This document shows, in pieces, positions 35,401 to 43,871 of a stretch of DNA of 64,000 nucleotides; the first letter of the stretch is position 1, and each line of letters begins with the position of its first letter. Position numbers and translations under genes: made by a program. The notes under the pieces were generated by a model. The model saw only the letters and a list, made by a program, of their open reading frames with translations. It was not told where the DNA came from and made no database searches. Source of the stretch: Lingula anatina. Its lineage: Eukaryota > Animalia > Brachiopoda. Where the stretch lies: the NCBI GenBank assembly GCA_051362555.1, contig CM120649.1:10106001-10170000 (forward strand), in the 5' to 3' direction.

Positions 35401-37949
35401 TTATTCGCAGTGTTTGGTTCAGTGAGAGTTTATATCCTGAAAAGCATTACCGTGAGCTATTGATGTTGTATATTCCATGGAGAAATGAAGAATCTGACAT
35501 TTTGCAAAATTTTGAAAGTTATGAACAAAGATGTCAACATTTACAAAATGAAATTTTGGAACAACAGAGACTGTATTCTCCAGCTAAAGATGAATTGCAC
35601 AGAGCAATGGAAGATCTAAATAACATGGATAGTGAGGATGAAGATTTGTGGGCCACTGTTGCACCAAATACTGAATGTCAAAATGAAGTTGATCAGTGTG
35701 AACCTAGTGATGTGGTACAATCTTCTGTTGGTCTGTCCTATGATTTAGCAGAAGATTTGGATATACATGTATCTGCCAAAAGTTGCACTGAAGAAGAAAT
35801 TGTTAATAAAGAAATACCTGATATCAGTTACTATAAAATGATTAGGAATATGAACAGACAACAGTTAGAGTTTTTCCATCATGTTTTACATTTAATCAAG
35901 TCCAATTCTGATCCATTTCACATATTCCTGTCAGGAGGTGCTGGTGTGGGGAAATCATTTGTCACTCGTGCTCTGTATCAGGGTATTTTGAAGTACTTGT
36001 CAAGTTTACCTGGTGAAGACTTCCGGACAATAAGAGTTGCTTTGGTTGCTCCTACAGGAAAAGCTGCTTATAATATTGGTGGCCACACAATTCACAGTTT
36101 ACTGAAAATTCCTGCAAATCAAAGTCTCAAATATAAAAGACTCAGTGCTGATGTGTTAAACAGTTTCAGATACAAACTTGGATCACTTAAAGTTCTCTTT
36201 ATTGATGAAGTTTCAATGGTTGGGAGTAAAATGTTAAGTTTCATCAATGAACGGTTAAAAGAACTAAAAAACAATGACAGATTATTTGGAGGTGTTAGCA
36301 TTGTGGCTATAGGTGACCTATTTCAACTGAAGCCTGTGTTTGATAACTGGATATTTGAAAATCCAAACAATGACTATTATCCATTAGCTACTAATTTGTG
36401 GCAGAAACATTTTCACATGTATGAACTGACCCAAATCATGCGTCAAAAAGACAGTAAAGAGTTTGCAGAAATTTTAAATAGGCTTAGAGAAGGACATCAC
36501 ACAGACAAAGACATAAAAGTTCTCAGTGAACGTCAACTTGATGAATCAAAAACTAGCCAACAACCATTACTACATGTTTTCCAAACAAATGCACTGGTAG
36601 AAAATTTTAATCATGCTAGTTATCAGAATGCGAAAGGAGAAAAATTTCAAATTGCAGCCACTGATACCATCACTGGGCCTGTACCAAAACATTTAGAAAA
36701 CAACATCAGAAAGCAAATTCCATTGGATCATAAAAAAACCATGAATTTACGAAGGATTCTGCATATTGCAGTTGGGGAAAGAACTGAAGTTGTCCTAAAT
36801 GTTGACACAGAAGATGGCATTACTAATGGTGCACCAAATGTTGTGAAACTGGTAGATTTAGACAGACAATTAATTTGGGTACAATTTGATGCAGAGGACA
36901 TTGGCAAAAATGCCAGAAGAATGAACAAACCATTATATAATAGTAACATTTCAAAAACATGGACACCTATCTTTCCTGTTAAAAGACAATTTCACCTGGG
37001 AAAAACAGGACAGTATCAAGTCGTAAGAAAACAATTTCCACTCCAGTTGTCTGCTGCAAAAACTATACACAGATGTCAAGGTGACACATTGAAAGAATTA
37101 GTTGTAGATCTCAGTGGCAGAAAAAATGAGCACATGCATTATGTTGCACTCAGTCGTGTAGAAAAATTAGAAGGATTGCATATTTTAGAATTAAATGCCA
37201 GTAAAATATGCATATCTGACAAAGTTAAACAAGAAATGAAACGTTTAAGGCAAGAAGCACAGCTTGTAAAATCAATATCATTTCTATATGAACAACCAGA
37301 TGACCACTTCAAAATAATCCATTGGAATTGCTGTTCTCTTCACAAATACATTGATGATATCAGAAAGAATTTTGATGTAGCGAAAGCAGATGTATGTGCT
37401 TTCACAGAGACCAGATTTGCAATTAAAGACCTAAATACAAAATACCAGTTAAAAGATAAATATCTTCACAGAAATGATAGTACTCTTCATAGACAGCATG
37501 GTACTGCTGTCTACAGTCACCATAGATTTTCAGAGAATTTTCCAAAAAATTACAACTTTTCTGGAATTGAGATTACTGTCACACGATTAGATCAGTTTCC
37601 TGGCTTTGTTCTCGTCACAATTTACCGACCTCCTCATGGTAAAATGCAGGTTCTTCTTGAGGCTTTGAGAAATATTCTTGACACTATTGATAAGACAGAC
37701 AAATGTGTTATTATAGGTGACTTTAATGTCAACTGGCTCCATGAAAACAATGCAAATGCTCTCAGAAAAATGATGTGCCAAGACCTTATGTTTAGACAAC
37801 ATGTCACAACTCCAACTACCATTTATGACTCAGCCTTAGATCTTGTCTTCACAAACTTTGATCATGCAGATCTTAAAATTATAGTTTTGCCCACTTATTT
37901 TGGTGATCACTTTCCAGTCTGTCTGTCTTTTCCCAAAAATTGCCTTTAA
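29427..37949 (+). CDS. Helentron Rep/Helicase polyprotein (2840 aa): repeats, Zn finger, OTU cysteine protease, HUH Rep, PIF1 helicase, APE endonuclease
   Basis: Zn-finger-like CCIC...HC...ICLTC. OTU: GDGNCFFRSLS...WG...HYD. Rep: RVEFQHRGSPHIHMLLW and YIVNYISKG. PIF1: GGAGVGKS, APTGKAAYNIGGHTIHS, IDEVSMV, GDLFQLKPV, LTQIMRQKD, QFPLQLSAAKTIHRCQGDT, YVALSRV. APE: HWN, TET, YRPP, GDFN, LDLV, GDH. Confidence 0.97.
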   Translation: MPRLKKQSMAQRRAHQKKSIERGRKKVPKAATSTIVPAAAGTPTSVGSVKNCEITDRSSEITDRSSEITEKSSEITDITEITQITEKNSEITEKNSEITEITEKSENTAITENTEFPEHTEIPVASDVTVHAAYTDASDETDTTVDTAYPVSLSATDAPGHSSKFIIYSDHFSPSDKSVKSNMPVNPKLSTVPHKLKKKSQQSVVFPEIQRNQPNMVTLKTSLKPLEKSVQYSKMGSMKKVPLTKHTGNTITSDSISSIFDKTNLHKPHLKRLHDEMKRQLKWTEDKQQSKIDAVSKTLLDTSLTGTSSTDRNLLKREKNKIRMQLLRSDPHYRKAEQNAQRITRSQSHVKRKIQKHRHLKRSDPQFRKREQESQRLKRSQVDEKNKIFKYNQLKRADPQYRKSEQESQRLKRSQVDEKSKFFKYNQLKRADPQYRKSEQESQRLKRSQVDEKSKIFKYNQLKRADPQYRKSEQESQRLKRSQVHEKSKIFKYNQLKRADPQYRKSEQKSKRLKRSQVDEKSKIFKYNQLKRADPQYRKSEQESQRLKRSQIDEKSKIFKYNQLKRADLQYRKSEQESQRLKRSQVDEKSKILKHKQLKRSDPQFRKREQESQRLKRSQVDEKSKIFKYNQLKRADPQYRKSEQESQRLKRSQVDEKSKILKHKQLKRADPYYKVTERSKKRLKRSDPEFRKHERKSDSVAKRNKRQNINTELQQLIQQFHKKVAEGCTYTCCICQQLWYRHTVINSESIMNLENNAVKHCKETGDLFDSNWICLTCASHLKKNKIPPCAIVNGLSFPEKPSFLDLKPLEWRLTSPRLVFMKLLQAPRGKQYKLEGNVVNIPADITSTVTKLPRTEADSCTIKVQLKRNVKFKNYAYAQNVRPNKVLEAAAWLTANGKLYQEKGITVDTTWKLEENPCSSDTFEQTKKEHTTINNLSEEQIQNLLKEFVCVECPANCENIQFSEEGHLMDQDGDFADEFYVILDKPYKYDPSVDVHKFVASIQNERKSTGSSEQPHLLSVPAFKSQERGRSKYRKKINTIRSCSREQIEKVIAYKRHYIQRKYKHLKLSYYGLFKRKKQGRTWYSRYFRTVKKIRHRVRNVLHLQKELSYLQQRHILPTYCESENEVQHLRTDNTSFHFMPVDAFWQEKITEKLNLPLKRLHNWPETGNNILLTNPRQLKKVIGDGNCFFRSLSFAITGSDMLYDNDHIILRNNIVSHMKQLEYAFASSMLGDNDSTSANYIRRTGMDSENVWGTETEILAAAHLLQTDIYVYSKPGDSWKWLKYSANFLDQNNHSHNTAIYLQNTNSDHYDIVQSVCDSSLSADSINKNLLQTKQVTQAKSDISKYLQANDFTDWDEIDEEEMKPGIRDTMLTGRDFLEDTEREKIYSFAPGQEGHPLSIFRDEHCEELAFPEIFLGNARPANKNRLVPVHYSDICKSELRRIDRRAAMCVDNIFFKAKKLQMKRLIGSASLAVRKHKTSGKKLTAGDLKQSGAIEKLLHFDEGYTFLKGVRGSPPYFEKAKKDLFAMIRQLGAATFFCSFSSAETKWNHLLRTLGQLVDNKHYSESELEQLSWDEKCRLIQSDPITCARHFDYQVQCLIHHFLCHKVAPIGKIQDFFYRVEFQHRGSPHIHMLLWIENAPIYGVSSNEDIIQFVDSTICCSKPNEDDPMKELVSYQTHKHTRTCIKNLKKSCRFHFPQPPMKQSIILKPLEDTSQKKEYAKVWTQIYNIINDKDFKGVSLTFKEFLNKVQVSEKDYILAVRSTIKTDTLFLKRLPCEIWINNYSRSCLQAWRANMDIQFVLDIYACATYIVNYISKGQRGMSDLLYQACKEAREGNSDIKQQVRHIGNKFLNNVEISAQEASYITLQLPMRRASRSFVFINTTPPDDRVRLLKPLEEIKELEDESDNIESSNLLKRYSRRLPSLDKVSLADFAAYYDNNLNIIGGDKKRSSRILDTDGMPLEKHDLENFEDDIHDIPCETDIIKRKKAKIIRSVWFSESLYPEKHYRELLMLYIPWRNEESDILQNFESYEQRCQHLQNEILEQQRLYSPAKDELHRAMEDLNNMDSEDEDLWATVAPNTECQNEVDQCEPSDVVQSSVGLSYDLAEDLDIHVSAKSCTEEEIVNKEIPDISYYKMIRNMNRQQLEFFHHVLHLIKSNSDPFHIFLSGGAGVGKSFVTRALYQGILKYLSSLPGEDFRTIRVALVAPTGKAAYNIGGHTIHSLLKIPANQSLKYKRLSADVLNSFRYKLGSLKVLFIDEVSMVGSKMLSFINERLKELKNNDRLFGGVSIVAIGDLFQLKPVFDNWIFENPNNDYYPLATNLWQKHFHMYELTQIMRQKDSKEFAEILNRLREGHHTDKDIKVLSERQLDESKTSQQPLLHVFQTNALVENFNHASYQNAKGEKFQIAATDTITGPVPKHLENNIRKQIPLDHKKTMNLRRILHIAVGERTEVVLNVDTEDGITNGAPNVVKLVDLDRQLIWVQFDAEDIGKNARRMNKPLYNSNISKTWTPIFPVKRQFHLGKTGQYQVVRKQFPLQLSAAKTIHRCQGDTLKELVVDLSGRKNEHMHYVALSRVEKLEGLHILELNASKICISDKVKQEMKRLRQEAQLVKSISFLYEQPDDHFKIIHWNCCSLHKYIDDIRKNFDVAKADVCAFTETRFAIKDLNTKYQLKDKYLHRNDSTLHRQHGTAVYSHHRFSENFPKNYNFSGIEITVTRLDQFPGFVLVTIYRPPHGKMQVLLEALRNILDTIDKTDKCVIIGDFNVNWLHENNANALRKMMCQDLMFRQHVTTPTTIYDSALDLVFTNFDHADLKIIVLPTYFGDHFPVCLSFPKNCL
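29580..29790 (+). repeat. Coding 21-nt/9-nt repeats (SEITEKN/EIT)
   Basis: GTGAAATTACTGA recurs about 8 times in frame. Confidence 0.9.
30408..31510 (+). repeat. Coding 102-bp tandem repeat (34 aa = 2 x 17 aa), ~10-11 copies
   Basis: AGGGCTGATCCACAG at 30612, 30714, 30816 and onward; unit RADPQYRKSEQESQRLK-RSQVDEKSKIFKYNQLK. Confidence 0.95.
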
Positions 37950-38775
37950 ATTTTTATTACAGATTATAAGACAAATTACTTCCAAATTTCATTTAACCTT
38001 ATGTACTTCCAACCACATATACAGCTAAACACATGTGCAGAAGTAACATTAACAAAATCTTAACCCTTCTTTAAAAAAAGTTTATTTATTTCTACCTATA
38101 CATGTGGAAAAATATTGTCACACTCATTTCAGTTTTGAAGAATCAAAATTCAATACAACATGTCCCTCAATACATTTCAAAAGCAGTTAATATGACACAT
38201 CAACAACCAACAGATTATACCGGACTAAATACGCCCACATTTCCTCTATCAAGTTATACTTATTTACTTTTTACACAAAATAGTAATGAGCACTATTATC
38301 AAATTAGCATGTGTAACTCTAAATTCCACATTTCTTCAACTTCATAATATTATAAATTGACAAATAATATTTGTTTACTGAATTATTTCATTAATTTCAA
38401 TTCTAAGTTACACAATTAGTCATACATTTTCACACATTATTGTGCTCTTCTTTACTTTTATAAAATTATACACGTTATATTGTTAAATATATGTTTATAT
38501 CTCATATTTTACATAAATGATGAAAGCAAGAACAAAATCATCATATTAAAGACAGTCATAGTTCAAGTTCAAACCATATTCTTGTTTCACTACCAATTTA
38601 ATGAGTAGATTTGTTTGGTAAAAAAACAGGTTGCTTTCTAAAATCAGCATGATCAGTTGACATTTACAGTAGTTATTATTTTTATATCATTTTTTTTTCA
38701 CCCATTGACATTTTCAGTGGCTTATATATCCCGTAAAACTGGATCACTTGCTACTTTAATGTTAAATGTCTTTAA

Positions 38776-38951
38776 TGTTGATGATTGTGTTAGTTGAGAC
38801 CGTGACCTCTGACATTGTGTTCCGTTCCCATGATGCATTGGTAGTAATGGTTAGGTGTTGAATAAAGTTCAGTGTTTATTGAACATGTGAATATTGTGTT
38901 GTTCCACATACACACAGTCTGGTCCATACAAAACTGGGACCGAGATCAACA
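38776..38951 (+). repeat. 5' LTR
   Basis: TG...CA ends, internal AATAAA, direct repeat of 43696-43871. Confidence 0.97.
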
Positions 38952-38967
38952 TGGTGGCAAGCGGTGG
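38952..38967 (+). promoter_or_regulatory. Primer binding site, probably tRNA-Leu
   Basis: TGGTGGCAAGCGGTGG immediately after the LTR; complementary (one bulge) to the ...CCACCGCTGCCACCA 3' end of tRNA-Leu. Confidence 0.75.
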
Positions 38968-39074
38968 AGAATAGAGCAATCTTCATTGACTGAGTGAGTG
39001 ATAGATACTGATAATATTCTCTTAAACATAAGAATATTAACTTTGCCGTTCCACGTGGTCTGTCTACTGAGAAA

Positions 39075-42000
39075 ATGGCGACTGGAAGCAACGAGGCCGA
39101 TCCGGCAGTTCCATTTCTCCACGTTAATACCAATTTGCGTCTCCCGCCAGAGCTTAACTTGCAAACCGGTAACGTACCCGAAAACTTTAAAGCTTGGAAG
39201 AGACAGATTGAAATATACTTACTAGCTAGTGGTATAAAGAAAATGGAGAAAGAAATTCAAGTAGCAACCATTATTAACTGTGGCGGTGAATCACTACTCA
39301 AAGCATATGATCACTTTGAATGGGGTGATAGCGACCCAAATGACCCAGACGAAGTTCTGAGAAAGATTGAAGAGTACTGCAACCCCCTCATAAATGAAGT
39401 GGTAGAATCACACAGATTCTGGACTACTCCGTATGTGGAACCAATTGATCAGTATGTAACTGAGCTGAAAAGCAGAGCAGCTTCATGTAATTTTGGCCAA
39501 ATGGAGGACCGAATGATAAGGGACAAAATAGTATTCAGTACCAGTGGCAAGCTGCAACAACTGTTATTGAGAGAGGGTGACCTTGATCTCAGGAAATGCA
39601 TTAAAATCTGTCACTCCTACCAGCAAGCTAATAATCAAGCAAAGCAAATGTCCCAGGCACAGACAAGTGTTAACAAACTCCAGCAAACTAAACCTCCACG
39701 GAAGCAAAGGCAAGATAAACCTCTGCAGGCCAAGAACAGTAAGCCACATCAGGTTAAACTCTGTAAATATTGCAACACCAAGCACAATATGAGAAAGGAA
39801 GATTGTCCAGCTTGGGGGAAAACCTGCAATGGCTGCAAAGGTAGGAACCATTTCAAAGTAGTGTGTAAAAAGGTGCGTGTCGTCACAGGGGAAGAAACTT
39901 GTGCAGAAGAAGATAGTTGGCTCAATTCTGTGAACTCTGTAAATAAGCACAGAAAAACTGATATTCTGACGGCTCAAATGACTGTAAATGACTGTGATGT
40001 ACATTTCCAATTGGACAGTGGAGCAGATGTGAACATTATCAATCAGAGATATGTCAAAAGATCACAGGCTCATGCATCCTCTATGACTTTACACATGTTT
40101 AATGAGTCTACACTCAAACCCCTTGGAGAAGCTGACTTACTAGTACACAACCCAAGGACTGGTGACAGTGAAATGGTGCACTTTGTAGTTGTCTCCAATA
40201 AGTTACAGCCTATCCTAGGACTGAACGCTATTCAGAAACTTGGTCTTGTTACTGTGAATAAAGACAAGTTTATTGCCAAAGTAGTGGGATCTAAGCAGAA
40301 TGCACCCGGTGACCTCGGTGAAGCAACCCTCACACTTGACCCTGACGTGAAACCCAGAGCGTTGCCATGTCGCAAGATTCCAATTGCCCTGAAGGACCGT
40401 GTCAAAGCAGAGTTGGATTCTCTAGTAGAGCGACAAATACTGATACCAGTGACTGAGCCTACACCATGGGTTAGTCAGATGGCTATTGTGCAGAAGCCTA
40501 ATGGAACAATTAGAGTGTGCATTGATCCACAACCTCTTAATACAGCGCTGATGAGAGAGCACTACAGACTGCCAGTATTGGATGACATACTGCCAGAATT
40601 GAACAATGCAAAAATATTTTCACAGCTGGACGTTAAAGAGGCGTTTTATCATGTCCGCCTGGACGAGGAGTCAAGCAAATACACGACAATGATAACACCG
40701 TATGGTCGCTTTAGGTGGTCCAGACTGCCGTTTGGTCTAAAAGTCTCGAGTGAAATATTTCAAAGGAAATTAGATGAAGCCCTGAGTGACATAGATGGAA
40801 TATTCTGTGTTGTAGATGATATCATTATCGCGGGACAGGGTGATACAGAAGCAGAAGCTAAAGCAGACAATGAAAAGAAGCTGAGCATACTGAAACAGAG
40901 GTGTGCTGAAAGAAACATAGTTCTCAATGAAGAGAAACAGAAAACGGGCCTAACGGAGATCACTTTCCATGGACATAAAATCTCTAAAGATGGAGTAAAG
41001 GTTGACGCAGCCAAAGTGAAAGCCATAATTGATATGCCATCACCCACTGATGTGAGCAGTGTCAAGCGTTTGTGTGGCATGGTGCAATACCTATCGCGCT
41101 TCTTACCAGACCTCTCAGGCATGATGGAGCCGATCAGGGAGCTTACTAGAAAAGACGTACCATTTCAGTGGACTAAGCAATGTGAAATGGCACTCAACAC
41201 AGTGAAAGAAAGCCTAACTAAAGCACCATTGCTGGCATATTTCAGTCCTGAGAAGGAAGTTCGACTCCAAGTGGATAGCAGCCAACATGGATTGGGCGCT
41301 GTGCTGTTACAAGAAGGCAAGCCAGTGGAGTATGCCTCGAGATCACTTACAGCATCAGAGAGGAAGTGGGCCCAGATTGAGAAGGAAGCACTCGCTATCT
41401 TGTATGGTTTAGAGCGTTTTGATCAATATACCTATGGACGGAAGGTGATAATTGAAAACGACCACAAACCATTGGACTCTATCCTACGTAAACCCCTCAG
41501 CAGTGCTCCCAAGCGTCTACAAGACATCATGATGAGACTATATCGATATGACTTCGAATTTCACTTTGTAAAGGGAACCTCACTCATCATTGCAGACTGT
41601 CTAAGTAGAGCACATTTGATGGATGACCTAGAGCACCGACCTAGAATCATGGACATCAGAGTGAATGAAGAAATCTCTGATGCAAGATTGATTGAAATTC
41701 GTGATGCAACCTTAGCTGATGAGGACATGCAAGTTCTTAGTGACCTTATTGAAAATGGTTGGCCAGAGTCAAAAGTGAGTACACCAGATGTGTGTAAGCC
41801 ATATTATGATATAAGAGACACACTTAGCTTATATGAAGGCATAATTGTTAAAGGGGAAGCTGTAGTCATTCCTAAAACAATGCGTGCAGATATTAAGAAA
41901 AGATTGCACAAATCACACTGTGGCTATGACTCAATGATAAGAAGAGCCAGGGGAACAGTATATTGGCCGAGTATGAATGCTGAGATTAAACAGTTGGCTG

Positions 42001-43076
42001 ATAACTGTGAGGCATGTCAAGAAATGAAGCCAAGAACCAGTAAAAACCTTCTTAATCAGCATGACCGAGGAACGAGTGCATGGCAGAAAGTTGGTTTAGA
42101 TTTGTTTGAAATCAAAGGTAGAAATTACCTTGTGACAGTTGATTATTACAGCAACTTTATAGAAGTAGACTATCTGAGCACTACTACTTCCAATGTGGTT
42201 ATCGCGATTCTGAAGAAGCATTTTGCGAGATATGGTGTCCCGATCACCTTGGTATCCGATGGTGGGCCGCAGTTTGCGTCAAGTGTGTTTGACCAATTCA
42301 CGAAGAAATGGGGTATAAGACACATAAAATCAAGCCCACACTACCCAAGAGCAAACGGAAAGGCTGAATCGGCAGTAAAAACTGTAAAACACCTTATGTA
42401 CAAATGCGTTAAAAACAATGAGGATCAGTTTGAAGCTCTATTAGAACTAAGAAATGTACCAAGACAAGAAACTGGGCTGAGCCCGTACCAAATGGTGTTT
42501 GGAAAGCCAGGACGTACATTCTTACCGTCAGTTGCTAAGAAAAGCAAGGATCCTCAAGTGTTAGAAAAGATCAACAAAAGAAACAAATCTGTGAAGAAAT
42601 ACCATGATAAGAGTGCGCGTGACCTGCCCAAGCTCAAAATAGGTCAAAATGTATACTTTGAACAAAAACAAAATCAACAATGGATTTTAGGAAAAGTATT
42701 GGACACGTGTGATGAACATAGTTACCAGGTCAAAGCCCAGGATGGAGCTACCTATAGAAGGAATAGAATACACATTCGTCCAACGAAAATTGAACCCTAC
42801 ATTCGTGACAAATCTCCAGCACGTATGACTAACAATGAATTTCCAACTAGTGGAAAACTACAGGACTGTCAGAATCCTATGTATACTCCAAGTGACAATG
42901 TTACAAAACAGTGTGAGAATTACCACAGTACTGCTAATACTAATGAACTGACTGAAACAAAAACTGTGGAAACTGCAGATTCTATTAAAACTGGAAAAGA
43001 AATTTCACAAACAATAAGACCAAAACGTGAGTGCAGAAAGCCCAATTATCTTAAGGACTATGTAGTTTACAAGTGA
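39075..43076 (+). CDS. Gag-Pol polyprotein (Gag with two Zn knuckles, protease, RT, RNase H, integrase)
   Basis: CKYCNTKH...CPAWGKTCNGCKGRNHFKVVC; protease LDSGAD; RT LDVKEAF, LPFGL, VVDD; RNase H VDSSQHGLGAVL, EKEALA; integrase HKSH...CEAC, GLDLFE, SDGGPQF, NGKAESAVK. Order PR-RT-RH-IN. Confidence 0.97.
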   Translation: MATGSNEADPAVPFLHVNTNLRLPPELNLQTGNVPENFKAWKRQIEIYLLASGIKKMEKEIQVATIINCGGESLLKAYDHFEWGDSDPNDPDEVLRKIEEYCNPLINEVVESHRFWTTPYVEPIDQYVTELKSRAASCNFGQMEDRMIRDKIVFSTSGKLQQLLLREGDLDLRKCIKICHSYQQANNQAKQMSQAQTSVNKLQQTKPPRKQRQDKPLQAKNSKPHQVKLCKYCNTKHNMRKEDCPAWGKTCNGCKGRNHFKVVCKKVRVVTGEETCAEEDSWLNSVNSVNKHRKTDILTAQMTVNDCDVHFQLDSGADVNIINQRYVKRSQAHASSMTLHMFNESTLKPLGEADLLVHNPRTGDSEMVHFVVVSNKLQPILGLNAIQKLGLVTVNKDKFIAKVVGSKQNAPGDLGEATLTLDPDVKPRALPCRKIPIALKDRVKAELDSLVERQILIPVTEPTPWVSQMAIVQKPNGTIRVCIDPQPLNTALMREHYRLPVLDDILPELNNAKIFSQLDVKEAFYHVRLDEESSKYTTMITPYGRFRWSRLPFGLKVSSEIFQRKLDEALSDIDGIFCVVDDIIIAGQGDTEAEAKADNEKKLSILKQRCAERNIVLNEEKQKTGLTEITFHGHKISKDGVKVDAAKVKAIIDMPSPTDVSSVKRLCGMVQYLSRFLPDLSGMMEPIRELTRKDVPFQWTKQCEMALNTVKESLTKAPLLAYFSPEKEVRLQVDSSQHGLGAVLLQEGKPVEYASRSLTASERKWAQIEKEALAILYGLERFDQYTYGRKVIIENDHKPLDSILRKPLSSAPKRLQDIMMRLYRYDFEFHFVKGTSLIIADCLSRAHLMDDLEHRPRIMDIRVNEEISDARLIEIRDATLADEDMQVLSDLIENGWPESKVSTPDVCKPYYDIRDTLSLYEGIIVKGEAVVIPKTMRADIKKRLHKSHCGYDSMIRRARGTVYWPSMNAEIKQLADNCEACQEMKPRTSKNLLNQHDRGTSAWQKVGLDLFEIKGRNYLVTVDYYSNFIEVDYLSTTTSNVVIAILKKHFARYGVPITLVSDGGPQFASSVFDQFTKKWGIRHIKSSPHYPRANGKAESAVKTVKHLMYKCVKNNEDQFEALLELRNVPRQETGLSPYQMVFGKPGRTFLPSVAKKSKDPQVLEKINKRNKSVKKYHDKSARDLPKLKIGQNVYFEQKQNQQWILGKVLDTCDEHSYQVKAQDGATYRRNRIHIRPTKIEPYIRDKSPARMTNNEFPTSGKLQDCQNPMYTPSDNVTKQCENYHSTANTNELTETKTVETADSIKTGKEISQTIRPKRECRKPNYLKDYVVYK

Positions 43077-43237
43077 AATTGCTGTAAACATGATAAGACA
43101 TTTTCTAAGGACTGTTTACATGGACTGTAATTTGTTTCAGGAATCACTATGTAGTTTACAAGTGAAATTGCTATAAACATGATAAGACATTTTCTAAGGA
43201 CTGTTTACATGGACTGTAATTTGTTTCAGGAATCACT
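43057..43237. repeat. 89-bp tandem duplication spanning the pol stop codon
   Basis: ACTATGTAGTTTACAAGTGAAATTGCT... at 43057 and 43146. Confidence 0.9.
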
Positions 43238-43682
43238 GGATTTCTTTGTTCTTGTATGCAAATTTGTGCATTGTTTTCATTGACATTATCAGAACAGTTG
43301 TGATTTTCTTGTTCACTTACATTCAAATGTTTGATATTTGAATCTTTAAAGGACAATGTTACTTAAAGTTTAATGTATGTTTACGTGTTCAACGACTGAA
43401 AAGGAACACTGGCAGATTGTTTGCAAAAAACTATTATATTCATAGACTTTTCTATTGTGGAATGGAGAACTGTTTATTCTGGAGTTGTATGAAATGCAAG
43501 GAAATGCATTGCCATACATGACTGTCAAAGACTGGTTACACTTACATTGACTTTGATCAGTATGGATCTAGATCTGAGCACCAGACAGATCATATTTTTA
43601 TTGGGAAACAGTATTTGTATTGTGAACTTGTTATATCTCCTCTTAGCTCACTTTGTCCTTTGTAGAGCATATTTTCTTTTAT

Positions 43683-43695
43683 AAAGAAGGGGGGA
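43683..43695 (+). promoter_or_regulatory. Polypurine tract
   Basis: AAAGAAGGGGGGA directly before the 3' LTR. Confidence 0.9.
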
Positions 43696-43871
43696 TGTTG
43701 ATGATTGTGTTAGTTGAGACCGTGACCTCTGACATTGTGTTCCGTTCCCATGATGCATTGGTAGTAATGGTTAGGTGTTGAATAAAGTTCAGTGTTTATT
43801 GAACATGTGAATATTGTGTTGTTCCACATACACACAGTCTGGTCCATACAAAACTGGGACCGAGATCAACA
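43696..43871 (+). repeat. 3' LTR
   Basis: Direct repeat of 38776-38951, followed by TSD TTTAA. Confidence 0.97.

Larger units (their letters stand above)
38776..43871 (+). mobile_element. Full-length Gypsy (Mag-clade-like) LTR retrotransposon nested in the Helentron
   Basis: 176-bp LTRs 38776-38951 and 43696-43871 (TGTTGAT...ATCAACA, identical by eye), 5-bp TSD TTTAA, PBS, PPT and a single gag-pol ORF. Confidence 0.97.

Noticed and set aside
29332-37822. Numerous short antisense/alternate-frame ORFs overlapping the Helentron ORF (likewise within the Gypsy and Ngaro ORFs)
   Set aside because: Shadow ORFs of long coding or repetitive sequence with no recognisable motifs.
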